Positions 1-7,852 of a DNA stretch of 23,433 bases are shown here, in pieces. Each line of letters begins with the position of its first letter. Position 1 is the first letter of the stretch. Location: NCBI GenBank assembly GCA_016212965.1, contig JACRDA010000068.1, forward strand, positions 1 through 23,433. The letters run 5' to 3'. The notes beneath the pieces are model-generated. The model had not been told where the DNA came from, made no database searches, and saw nothing but the letters and a program-made list of their open reading frames with translations. Source of the DNA: Myxococcales bacterium. Lineage in GTDB: Bacteria; Myxococcota_A; Polyangia; Polyangiales; Polyangiaceae. A program made the position numbers and the translations under genes.

Positions 1-2
1 CC

Positions 3-113
3 GACCACTTCAGCAGAACGGACCGCGTGAAGACGGCCAAACGCCTCCTCCGCAAGCTCGACGAGCTAGGCTTCGACGTTCCAGAACTGCGTGACCGCAA
101 CCCTGCCGCGTAG
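3..113 (+). CDS. 3' end of a gene entering from the left edge, product unknown (...DHFSRTDRVKTAKRLLRKLDELGFDVPELRDRNPAA*)
   Basis: Frame is open from the window edge to TAG at 111-113. Third codon positions are mostly G/C, as in the confident genes. Only 36 aa are visible and no family is recognisable. Confidence 0.35.
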   Translation, partial: DHFSRTDRVKTAKRLLRKLDELGFDVPELRDRNPAA

Positions 114-136
114 CCGCCGCAGTGGTCAGTTTCTTC

Positions 137-1198
137 CTAGAAGAGATCACGCACGCCAGGAGCGGTGCTCCCCGCGCCGCTCGCGCCCGGCAGATCCCGC
201 GCGCACCGAAACCCTACGTTGTCATATCGCGCGCCGAAAGTGCCACAGTCGCGGCTGTGTGCGCGCACGTCGGCCGCGTCATCGCTCATCCAGCTCCCGC
301 CTCGTATGACGCGGCAAGAGAGGTCTCGCGGCTGCGAATAGTCCGCGGAGTACCCCGACCCAGTCCACTCCCAGACGTTGCCCGCCATATCGTGAGCACC
401 GAACAGGCTATCGCCGGCGGGATGCGTCCCAACGATGCAGGTCCCGAGCTCGCCCGGAAGCCGCTTCCAGCAGAGCTGCTGTTCCGGGTGCGCGTCGCCC
501 CACGGGTATCGCCGCCCATCGACCCCGCGCGCCGCGTACTCCCACTCTTCTTCGGACGGCAGCCGCTCGTTCACGTGCCGGCAGTATTGATCGGCCTCGT
601 CCCAAGCCACGCAGTTGACCGGGTGGTCGTCGCGATCGGGGCGAGCCCAGTTGCAGAATTGTCCGTTCGTCGGCGGTCGACAGGCACCGCTGTCGACGCA
701 AGCGCGGTAGGCTGCCACCGTCACCTCGATGTCATCGATGCAGAACGCGGCGACTTGCCCGCTCGGCGCGCCCAGTTCGTCGGGCCGGCCATCGGTCGCG
801 CCGACTTGAAACAGCGCCTGTGGAATCGGCACGCAACGCGACAAGACCGGCGTTGCTGTGGTTCGTGCGGGTGGAGCGGCTTCGCGGAACTGCGGAGGCG
901 CGCGCGACCCAGCGGCGCCCGTGGCCCTCGAGTTGGTGCTACCGATCCTTGGGGTTGCGGGGGTTGCGGGCGCTGGCTCGTTCACGGGAGCCCTCTTGAG
1001 AGCAATGATCAGCACCAGGCCAAGAACTGCGCCCCCTGCAAGGCCGCCGATGACGGCGACTCTTTGCGCTCGTGTGCCCAACATGCGCAGCCGCTTCGCG
1101 GTGCTGGCGGCCAAGGCGGTAAACGCAGGTGCCAACGCTACCGGAGCCGGCGCTGGCGGCGCTTGCCCGAGAGCACGCAGGCCCCGCGGTCTGATCAC
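137..1198 (-). CDS. Membrane-anchored formylglycine-generating-enzyme (FGE/SUMF1-type) domain protein
   Basis: 353-aa ORF. It has an N-terminal hydrophobic anchor (VAVIGGLAGGAVLGLVLIIAL) and a Pro/Ala-rich linker. FGE-sulfatase hallmarks follow: HPVNCVAWDEADQYC, LPSEEEWEYAARG, RYPWGD, GAHDMAGNVWEWT, RVIRGGSW, VGFRCA. Start is uncertain (GTG 1198 or ATG 1084). GC3 is visibly lower than in the core genes. Confidence 0.85.
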   Translation of the reverse strand: MIRPRGLRALGQAPPAPAPVALAPAFTALAASTAKRLRMLGTRAQRVAVIGGLAGGAVLGLVLIIALKRAPVNEPAPATPATPRIGSTNSRATGAAGSRAPPQFREAAPPARTTATPVLSRCVPIPQALFQVGATDGRPDELGAPSGQVAAFCIDDIEVTVAAYRACVDSGACRPPTNGQFCNWARPDRDDHPVNCVAWDEADQYCRHVNERLPSEEEWEYAARGVDGRRYPWGDAHPEQQLCWKRLPGELGTCIVGTHPAGDSLFGAHDMAGNVWEWTGSGYSADYSQPRDLSCRVIRGGSWMSDDAADVRAHSRDCGTFGARYDNVGFRCARDLPGASGAGSTAPGVRDLF

Positions 1199-1438
1199 CT
1201 TCGAGTCGGCCCGCGCCGGCGCGCCTCAACGGCACGACGGGACGACGCGGGTCGCCGCGTTCCACTCGGCGTCGGTCGCCGTCCCCGTTTAGGTTCGGCC
1301 CGTGAGGCTGTCGAAGATGGAGGCGAGTCATCCTCACCCCTGGGAGTCATCCTGAACCCCAGAAGGCGGCGTGGGCGGGGTGCATGACCGCGGCGAACTT
1401 GGCCCGCGGGCGCGGCGCGCGGTAGCCCTCGGGAGATC

Positions 1439-1645
1439 ATGCACGCCGCAACCACCGACGCCCCGACTGCCGCCGCCGCGACGAGCTGCCGCGCGAGCGC
1501 GCGGGCCCTGCTCTACCAGAGTCGCGCCTACCGCCGCCTGCACCGGATCCGCAGCGAGCGCCCGGAGCTCGCGCCCGAGCTCGACGCGCTCGCCGCCGAT
1601 CTGCTCGAGGTGGTGCACGCGGTAGCGTCTATGCGGGCGGACTGA
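1439..1645 (+). CDS. Possible small hypothetical protein (68 aa)
   Basis: ATG is preceded by GGGAGA 3 nt upstream. GC3 is very high across the ORF. The 3' end overlaps the convergent cyclase gene by 17 nt. No recognisable domain, so this could be a GC-driven spurious ORF. Confidence 0.3.
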   Translation: MHAATTDAPTAAAATSCRASARALLYQSRAYRRLHRIRSERPELAPELDALAADLLEVVHAVASMRAD

Positions 1646-3914
1646 GCGGGCCGCTGCCCGCCTCGCTCACGCGGCCTCGCGGCCCGGCGATGGCGCGCGT
1701 GAGCTCGTTCAAGCTCACGCACCACGCGCCCGCGGCGCCGAGGCCCTTCAGCTCGACGACGCGCCGCTCGGCGTCCAGATGGACCCTGGCGCACGCGCGG
1801 GTCAGCGTCGTCTCGCACATGAAGAGCTCGCCGTCGGCGGCGACGCCCTGAAGGCGTGAGGCGCGGTTCACGGGCTCGCCGATGGCGCTGAACTCGCCGA
1901 GGTCGTCGGTCCCGAACGTCCCCGCAACGACCGTACCGGTCGCGACTCCGAAGCCGATGCCGACCGTTCCGAGATCCGGGATCCGCGTGGCCCACCGCCG
2001 GCGCAAATTCACGAAGAGCTCGTGGATGTCGGCCGCCGCCCGCAGCGCCGCGAGCTCGCTGCCATGGGGCTCCACGTCGAACAAGCCCATCACGCAGTCG
2101 CCGAGGAACCGGATCGGCGCCCCGCCGTGCCGGCTGATGCACTTGCCCACGATCTCGGCGAACTCCTTGATGAACAGCGCCATGACGTCGGGCTGGATCA
2201 CCGCCGATGCCGCCGTGAAGCCGCGGATGTCGGCGAAGAACGTCGTGAGCTCGATGCGCACGAAGCCTTCGAGCTGGCAGCGCGCGCGCAGGTGCGGCAG
2301 GCCCGCGCTCGGATCGACCGGCGGGACACCGAGGTCGGAGATCTGAGCCTCGGCGACGCGCCGGAGGTCCTCGGCCTCGCAGTCGATGGCGCAACGCCGG
2401 GCTTCTTGCAGTCGCTTCCGGGCCTCCGGCACGTCTCGCATGTGGAGGAGGATCTCGGCCTCCACGAGCAGCGCCCGTACGTAGTGGTAGTCGCGATGGG
2501 GGCGCAGATCGTCCCTCGCCTGCGTGGCGAAGGCGTGCGCGCTCGAGCCGTCCCCGTCGCGGCGGAGGATGAGCTGGGCGCGGAGCGTGCGCGCGATGGC
2601 GCGCTCCTTGTCCCGACCCCCTGCCGTCGCGACCAGCGTCTCGAGCTGAGCGAGGCACGCCTGCGCGCCCGCGCAGTCGCCGGCGTCGAGCCGAGCGCCG
2701 CACTCCAGGGTCCGGCTGAAGAAGACGTTGATCGGGTCGCCGACCCGCGCAAAGAGCTCGCAGCTCGTGCGCAGGTGCTTCACGCCTTCGTCCGTGGTGG
2801 AGCGCTGGGTGAGCAAGGCGCGCCCCAGGCTGCGATGGGCATAGGCGGCAGCGCGCGGGAGGATCTCGGCAGCCTCGGCAGGATTGCCCGTCAGCACGTC
2901 GAGGACCTGCAGGTCGCGGCGGTACATCGCGATGGCCTCGGTGAGCTCGCCGGCCGCGAACTTGAAGTCCCCGAGCCGCGAGAAGAGGTCCGCGCGCTCG
3001 GCGGGCATCTGCCGGCCACGCGGGCGCTGGGCGCCCGGAGGATCGGTCTCGTCCACGATCTGGCGCGCGCGCTCGAGGTACATCCACGTCTGCTGTCGAT
3101 CCGTGCGCGCTGTCGTGCGCGCGAGACTGAGCGCCGCCTGAACCTCGCCCTGTCGGTAGCCGACCTCGCGGAACGTGCCGATCGCGTCCTCGAGGTCAGC
3201 GCGCGCGGCGGCCGTCTGGCTCGCCGTGGCCAGGAGGATCCCGCGCAAGCGGAGCACGGTGCCCCGCGGGATCGCAGCCAGCGTACCGAAGTCCTGTCGC
3301 GCGATGACGGCGTCGAGCACTGCGAGACCGGCGTCGCGGTCGCCACTGCGGAGGTGCACCCGCGCCAAGGTGGTCGCTGCGAACGCGTGCAGCAAGAGGT
3401 CGAGCGTGGTCGCGTTCGACGCACGAGGCGGCCCGGCGGTGGGCCGCGCCGTCTGGCTGATCCAATCGTGGTCGGGCGCACGCCCCCAGTCCGACAGGTT
3501 CTTCGTGCGAAAGAGCCGCGCCACGTAGTGGAGCGTGGGGTCGCCCGCGCGCTCGGCCTGGGCGACGGCATGCCCGAGGACGTGGTCTGCACGCGGAAAC
3601 TTGCGCAGCTCGCCGAGCGCCCGGCTCTGGCCCAGGCGCCAGAGCACGCGCATCGTCACGCTGATCTCGTCCATCACACTCAAGGCCTGGAACGTCACCA
3701 TCGCCTGTTCGTGGCGAGCGTCGTAGATCTCGGCACACCCGAGCTCGAACCGGAGGAAGCCTGGCATCCTGCCCACGCCGGTCTTCGCGAAGACGGTTGC
3801 GACCTCCTCGGCCTGGACCTGCTCGAGCCACTGCTCGACCGTGAGCTGCCCGAGCGGGTCGCCAAGAAGGTAGGGCACGAGCAGCGGAGCGTGAGTGGAC
3901 GACGTGGACGGCAT
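1629..3914 (-). CDS. Class III adenylate/guanylate cyclase with a long N-terminal TPR-like helical-repeat region
   Basis: The C-terminal ~190 aa carry the cyclase homology domain: FFADIRGFT (metal Asp), RFLGDCVMGLF (second Asp), GFGVATGTVVAGTFG, GEPVNRASRLQG (Asn/Arg). The N-terminal ~550 aa are Ala/Leu/Arg-rich helical repeats. ATG 3914 is chosen because the in-frame extension up to 4106 uses many A/T-ending codons. Exact start is uncertain. Confidence 0.85.
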   Translation of the reverse strand: MPSTSSTHAPLLVPYLLGDPLGQLTVEQWLEQVQAEEVATVFAKTGVGRMPGFLRFELGCAEIYDARHEQAMVTFQALSVMDEISVTMRVLWRLGQSRALGELRKFPRADHVLGHAVAQAERAGDPTLHYVARLFRTKNLSDWGRAPDHDWISQTARPTAGPPRASNATTLDLLLHAFAATTLARVHLRSGDRDAGLAVLDAVIARQDFGTLAAIPRGTVLRLRGILLATASQTAAARADLEDAIGTFREVGYRQGEVQAALSLARTTARTDRQQTWMYLERARQIVDETDPPGAQRPRGRQMPAERADLFSRLGDFKFAAGELTEAIAMYRRDLQVLDVLTGNPAEAAEILPRAAAYAHRSLGRALLTQRSTTDEGVKHLRTSCELFARVGDPINVFFSRTLECGARLDAGDCAGAQACLAQLETLVATAGGRDKERAIARTLRAQLILRRDGDGSSAHAFATQARDDLRPHRDYHYVRALLVEAEILLHMRDVPEARKRLQEARRCAIDCEAEDLRRVAEAQISDLGVPPVDPSAGLPHLRARCQLEGFVRIELTTFFADIRGFTAASAVIQPDVMALFIKEFAEIVGKCISRHGGAPIRFLGDCVMGLFDVEPHGSELAALRAAADIHELFVNLRRRWATRIPDLGTVGIGFGVATGTVVAGTFGTDDLGEFSAIGEPVNRASRLQGVAADGELFMCETTLTRACARVHLDAERRVVELKGLGAAGAWCVSLNELTRAIAGPRGRVSEAGSGPLSPPA

Positions 3915-4156
3915 CTCGGTCGCGTAGGGTACCACGGGTACCACCAACGGGTCGGTCGCGACCGCACCTGGGCGCGCTGACGTTCCTCCTCTCCTCCCAC
4001 CTGATCGCGCTTGCTCCCGCCCGTCGGGTCCGGTTATTTTCCTCGCCGCAGCATAAGCCCGGCGCCGCATCGTGCGGCCATCTCGGAGGTCTACAGAGGC
4101 TGGCACTCAGCGACGACGGATACGCCACCATCGGCAGGCGCTTCGGCTCGGCGGAC

Positions 4157-4816
4157 GTGGCGCAGGAGGCCTCGGAGGCGAGCACGCGGTGGTCTCGCGA
4201 CCGCGCGGCACTCGGCCCCTATGGCCACGGCGCGAGCGGCCTCGAGGAGCTCGAGAAGCTGCGCACGGCCCATCAGGCCCTCCGCACGACCCGGCCCGAG
4301 CTCGTGGCGGCCAAGAGCGTCGCCGTGGGCGGCCGCGATGCGGACGTCGCGGCCGGTTGGGCCTGGGTCGACATGGTGGACTCGGGGCTCGCCGTCTTGG
4401 CGCGGAGCGACGCCGCCCTCGCGACCGCCCTCAACGCGGCCCTGCCCACGAACGACGCCGGCCTCGACGCCGGCATCGGGGCGCTCGCGGCGCTCGTCGA
4501 CAAGCACAAGACCGCCCTGCCCGCCGACATGGGTGCGCAGGCGCGCATCGACGAGGCGCCGGCGCTCCGGGCCAAGCTCGCCGCGGCACCAGGCGCGGTG
4601 GCGGTCGCGAAGGCAGCGCCGGTCGCCGACACCGCGGCGCTCGATCTGCTCGACGGCAAGCTCTACGTCACCATCTGCGACCTCAACGTCGCGGCGCGTC
4701 GCGCGATCCGCAACGGCCGGCTCGCCGCCAAGGCGGACGACTACCGCCTCCACCACCTGAATCGCTCGGGCCGTCCGGCACCCGTCGTGAAGCCCGCCGA
4801 GCCGCCGGCGCCGTAG
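4157..4816 (+). CDS. Hypothetical protein (219 aa, Ala-rich, predicted helical)
   Basis: GTG-initiated ORF with consistently G/C third positions, divergent from the cyclase gene. No motif recognised. Confidence 0.55.
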   Translation: MAQEASEASTRWSRDRAALGPYGHGASGLEELEKLRTAHQALRTTRPELVAAKSVAVGGRDADVAAGWAWVDMVDSGLAVLARSDAALATALNAALPTNDAGLDAGIGALAALVDKHKTALPADMGAQARIDEAPALRAKLAAAPGAVAVAKAAPVADTAALDLLDGKLYVTICDLNVAARRAIRNGRLAAKADDYRLHHLNRSGRPAPVVKPAEPPAP

Positions 4817-4865
4817 CGAACACGCGCGCCTAACCCCGCGAAAACGCATGGACGACTTGGCGCGG

Positions 4866-5165
4866 GCCCTGCCCCGCCGGGGGAGACGCTTGCCCCGCTT
4901 CGGGAGGCGGCTGCCCCGCTTCGGGAGGCGGCTGCCCCGCTTCGCGACGCGGCTGCCCCGGACCCGGCAGCGGTTGCCCGGCCGGGGCGGACGCGTGCCC
5001 CACTCGGGCCGGCGATCGCCCCGCGCCAAGGGGCGCTTACCCCGCGGCGCGCGAGAGGGGTACCGGCTGCGTCGGCTCGTGCCCCGCGCATCAGCGGCGA
5101 CGCCTGCCCGGCGGAGACGCTTGCCCCGCTTGCGGGGGCGGGCGCCCCGCTCCAGGCCGGTCGCC
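4866..5165. repeat. Degenerate tandem array with strict 21-nt phasing of a (C/T)TGCCCCG core, about 14 slots
   Basis: Cores start at 4870, 4891, 4912, 4933, 4954, 4975, 4996, 5017, 5038, 5080, 5122 and 5143. Slots 5059 and 5101 are degenerate or offset. Units 4890-4910 and 4911-4931 differ by one base. The 19-mer GGAGACGCTTGCCCCGCTT recurs at 4882-4900 and 5113-5131. Confidence 0.8.
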
Positions 5166-5190
5166 GACGCCGACTCGTCCGCCGCCCGCT

Positions 5191-5280
5191 AAGAGCCCGC
5201 TTGCAGCTGACGGGCCCGCACATGTCCGCCGCGGCGACGCGGGTCCCACTCGACGGGCCCGCAGCTGAAGCGGGGGCTTA
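5191..5280. repeat. Imperfect palindromic element A (CAGCTG-centred arms)
   Basis: Left arm is AAGAGCCCGCTTGCAGCTGACGGGCCCGC (5191-5219). Right arm is GACGGGCCCGCAGCTGAAGCGGGGGCTTA (5252-5280). The arms are reverse-complementary apart from two 1-nt indels and a few mismatches. The loop is 32 nt. Confidence 0.65.
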
Positions 5281-5412
5281 ACGGGGCGGCTTGGTGCGAG
5301 GGGTCTGCGGCGGGCGTGCTCGCCGGGAATGCGCTCACCGCCCGCCACATCGTTGCCCCAGGGGCAGTGGCGGCTTGGTCGTCGGCGCCCACACGCAGTA
5401 CACTCCAGAGCG

Positions 5413-5616
5413 ATGCAACCGCTGGAGGCACACGACACGACCCGTCGGCGCAAGACCGTCGAGGAGCTCGCCGCCGAGCAAGGCGTCGCTGCGCTCGAGG
5501 ATCTCGACGAGGTCGCCGCCCTCTGGCCCGCGGACGACGATCCCGACGAGCTCGACGCGTTCATCGTCGCCGAACGCGCCGCTCGCCGCGAGGTGGCGCG
5601 CAGGCCGGCTCCGTGA
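5413..5616 (+). CDS. vapB: VapB-like antitoxin partner of the PIN toxin (67 aa, acidic C-terminal half)
   Basis: ATG 5413. Its stop TGA (5614-5616) overlaps the GTG start of the PIN gene (GTGA). The sequence TVEELAAEQGV...DLDEV...WPADDDPDELDAFIVAERAARR is the short acidic type commonly found upstream of vapC genes. The longer ORF from 5329 is less likely. Confidence 0.7.
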   Translation: MQPLEAHDTTRRRKTVEELAAEQGVAALEDLDEVAALWPADDDPDELDAFIVAERAARREVARRPAP

Positions 5617-6029
5617 CCGCGATCCTGCTCGACACCTCGGTCGCGAGTCTCTTGCACCCGAAGCGCCGCAGCTCACCGCAACGAGCGCGGTACGAGCCCT
5701 TCCTGCGTGGGCACATCGCGGCGCTCAGCTTCCAGACAGTCGCCGAGCTGTGGGCGTGGGCCGAGCAGCGCGCGTGGGCGCAGCCGCAGCGCACCGCGCT
5801 CGGCGCGTTCCTCGCGCGCTTCGTCCTGCTTCCGCACACCGACGAGCTCAACCGAGCCTGGGCGCTCGTCATGACCCAGGCGCGGAGAGCCGGCAGACGG
5901 CTCGAGGCCGGCGACGGATGGATCGCCGCCACGGCCGTCCACTACTCCGTCCCACTGCTGACGCAGGACGCCGACTTCGTCGGGCTTGGGGTGACCGGGC
6001 TCGAGCTCGTCGCCGTTGCCGCGCCGTGA
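5613..6029 (+). CDS. vapC: PIN-domain ribonuclease toxin (VapC family)
   Basis: 138 aa with a GTG start and a 4-nt overlap with the upstream gene. PIN acidic residues sit in the expected contexts: ILLDTSV near the N-terminus, TVAELW, DGWIAATA, LLTQDADF. Confidence 0.85.
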   Translation: MTAILLDTSVASLLHPKRRSSPQRARYEPFLRGHIAALSFQTVAELWAWAEQRAWAQPQRTALGAFLARFVLLPHTDELNRAWALVMTQARRAGRRLEAGDGWIAATAVHYSVPLLTQDADFVGLGVTGLELVAVAAP

Positions 6030-6068
6030 ACGGGCGCGAACTCGCTCTCGACCTCGAGTCCGTCCGTC

Positions 6069-6174
6069 CCCCCAACGCCCTCGCTTCAGCTGCGGGAGCG
6101 CGGCGGAAGGGGCGTGCGGGATGCGAGGCGTGAGTGCGCCGCGGGACCGTCAGCTGCAAGCGGCCGGTTGGGGG
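6069..6174. repeat. Imperfect palindromic element B, same family as element A
   Basis: Left arm is CCCCCAACGCCCTCGCTTCAGCTGCGGGAGCGCGG (6069-6103). Right arm is CCGCGGGACCGTCAGCTGCAAGCGGCCGGTTGGGGG (about 6139-6174). The ends CCCCCAAC/GTTGGGGG and the GCTT(G)CAGCTG(A)CGG cores pair. The loop contains AGGGGCGTGCGG (6108-6119). Confidence 0.65.
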
Positions 6175-6360
6175 ACGATTCGGAACAATGCACCTATTGC
6201 TCCAGCGGTGGGGATACCCGTTCCCGCGCCGCCGAGAGAAGCTGCTGGTATTCGGGCTTCAGCGGTGGCACCAAGCGTCGCCGTCCCAGCGCCTGCGCGC
6301 AATGATCGGGTACACGTGTTCACCGACATGACGTATAGTGCTTGTTCGAGACACCACGCG

Positions 6361-7852
6361 ATGAGGTTCGAACCAGGAGTCGTCGTGACCTCGGGGCTCC
6401 GCCTTGAGCGCTCTCTCGGCCAGGGCGGGATGGGCTTGGTGTGGGTAGCGCGCCACCTTTCGCTCGACACCGAGGTGGCGGTGAAGTTCATCTCTGCCGA
6501 GGCGCTGAACGCAGACCCTGCCCTCGCGGAGCGCTTCACGCGCGAGGCTCGCATCGCCGCCAAGATCAAGGACCCGCACGTCGTTCAGATCCTTGACCAC
6601 GGCATGACGGCTGACGGGACGCCGTTCATCGCGATGGAGCTACTCGATGGCGTGAGCCTGGCGCAGCTCATCGAGCGCTCGGGGCCGCTCACGTCCGAGG
6701 CTGCCGCGTCGATCGTGGCGCAGACAGCGGGCGCGCTGGCGAAGGCCCCACAAGCTCGGCATCGTTCACCGAGACATCAAGCCTGACAACCTGTTCCTGA
6801 CGACAACGGGCGGCGCGGCGTTCGTGAAGGTCCTCGACTTCGGCATCGCGAAGCAGCAGCAGGGCGCCGTCAGCTCCAACACCGCGACGGGCTCGGTGTT
6901 CGGGACGCCCGCCTACATGAGCCCCGAGCAACTCCTGAGCGCGAAGGGTGTCGACGCGCTCGCCGACCTCTGGGCGCTCGCGGCCGTTGCCTACGAGGCG
7001 CTCACCGGTCGCCCCCCGTTCACGGGCGAGACGATGACGGCGCTCGCCATGGCGATCTGCGCGGGGCAGTTCGCACCCGCGACCAGCACGGACCGCGAGC
7101 TCCCCACCACCGTGGACGCGTGGTTCGGTCGGGCGTTCGCCCGAGCCCCCGGCGACCGGTTCCAGACGGCGACCGAGCTGGCCGAGACGTTCTCGGAAGC
7201 GCTCGGCATCCCGGCGAGCCGGGTACCGGGCGCGCGGACGTCAACGCCATCGTTCGAGTCGCTGCCCGGCGCGACCGCTGCGCCCGTCAGGACCGTGCTG
7301 GCTGCGCCGTCGCCGCTCGGGGGCCGTTTCCTTCGGGCTTCCGTGCCGGTCGCGACCATGTCGGGGGCCACGTCCACCCTCAAGCCCAAGCGCGTCGGCT
7401 CCAGGGCCGGGCTCCTGCTAAGCGCAGGTGTGTTGGCCGCTGCGGGCATGGCGGTCGGCTTGTGGCGCATCTCCGCTGCCGTGCCAGGTGGCGCGCCGGC
7501 GGACTCGACGCCCGATGGGAGGACCGTGGCGGTTGCGCCTCCGGCATCGCAGCGGGGCGTCGTGACGACGGAACCCGCGCCCGCAACGCCAGCCACATCC
7601 GGGAACCATCCTGGGTCGAACCCAGCGGCCGCGGCAGCGTCGTCGCTCGCTTCAACAGGCTCAGCCCCGGCGGCGCCATCTGGCGCGACTGCACAGACGT
7701 CTGCTGGCGCCACTCCGGCAGCAACCGGTCCTCTACGAGCCGCCACGCCGGCGACGGCAGCGGGGACATCGCAGGGCCCGGCCAGTGGTTGCGCCAGCCC
7801 CTTCTACATGGACGCAAAGGGCATCAAGCGGGTTCGGGTGGAGTGCCTATGA
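6361..7852 (+). pseudogene. Hanks-type Ser/Thr protein kinase with a C-terminal TM segment and Ala/Pro/Thr-rich tail, interrupted by a +1 frameshift (or sequencing error)
   Basis: Frame 1 (6361-6786) gives LGQGGMGLVWVA, AVKFI and then ...ALAKAPQARHRSPRHQA*. Frame 2 continues from 6749 as HKLGIVHRDIKPDNLFL, KVLDFGIAK, GTPAYMSPEQ. The two halves join perfectly if one C is removed from the CCCC run at 6746-6749. TM segment is GLLLSAGVLAAAGMAVGLW. Alternative start is ATG 6328. Confidence 0.85.

Noticed and set aside
3927-3944. Tandem GGGTACCAC x2 (two KpnI-type palindromes) 13 nt upstream of the proposed cyclase start, as a possible operator.
   Set aside because: It is only two short copies. 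If the longer ORF (start 4106) were correct, it would simply encode VVPVVP. Not enough evidence for a regulatory call.
2022-3980. Very long ORFs antisense to or overlapping confident genes. Examples: 2022..3980 +, 1528..3087 -, 8469..9854 -, 11139..12560 -, 11207..12733 +, 11224..12594 +, 12904..14148 +, 14499..16007 +, 16514..17572 +, 17803..18801 +, 19784..21355 +, 20667..23072 +, 20770..22797 -.
   Set aside because: Their translations are low-complexity Arg/Ala/Gly/Pro/His-rich strings with no motifs. They lie opposite or out of frame to genes with clear family signatures. In DNA this GC-rich, stop codons are rare in every frame.
4848-5192. ORF 4848..5192 (114 aa, RRLPRFG heptads) as a protein-coding gene, and the array as a CRISPR.
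   Set aside because: There is no SD. Rare codons (TTG, TTA, AGA, AGG, CGA) are enriched, and both opposite-strand frames are equally open, so coding is not favoured. It is kept as an alternative in the findings. It is not a CRISPR: the conserved unit is only about 8 nt with about 13-nt variable parts, and there are no cas genes.
6334-6339. TATAGT -10-like hexamer 22 nt upstream of the kinase ATG.
   Set aside because: The best -35 candidate at 17-bp spacing (TACACG) is poor. It also lies inside the alternative N-terminal extension (ATG 6328). There is no way to verify it from sequence alone.
6365-6374. T-loop-like GGTTCGAACC (also GTTCGAATT at 9451-9459) as hints of a tRNA or an integration site.
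   Set aside because: The flanking bases do not form T-stem, acceptor or anticodon arms. Both sites lie inside well-supported coding sequence (the kinase start and the zinc-knuckle gene).
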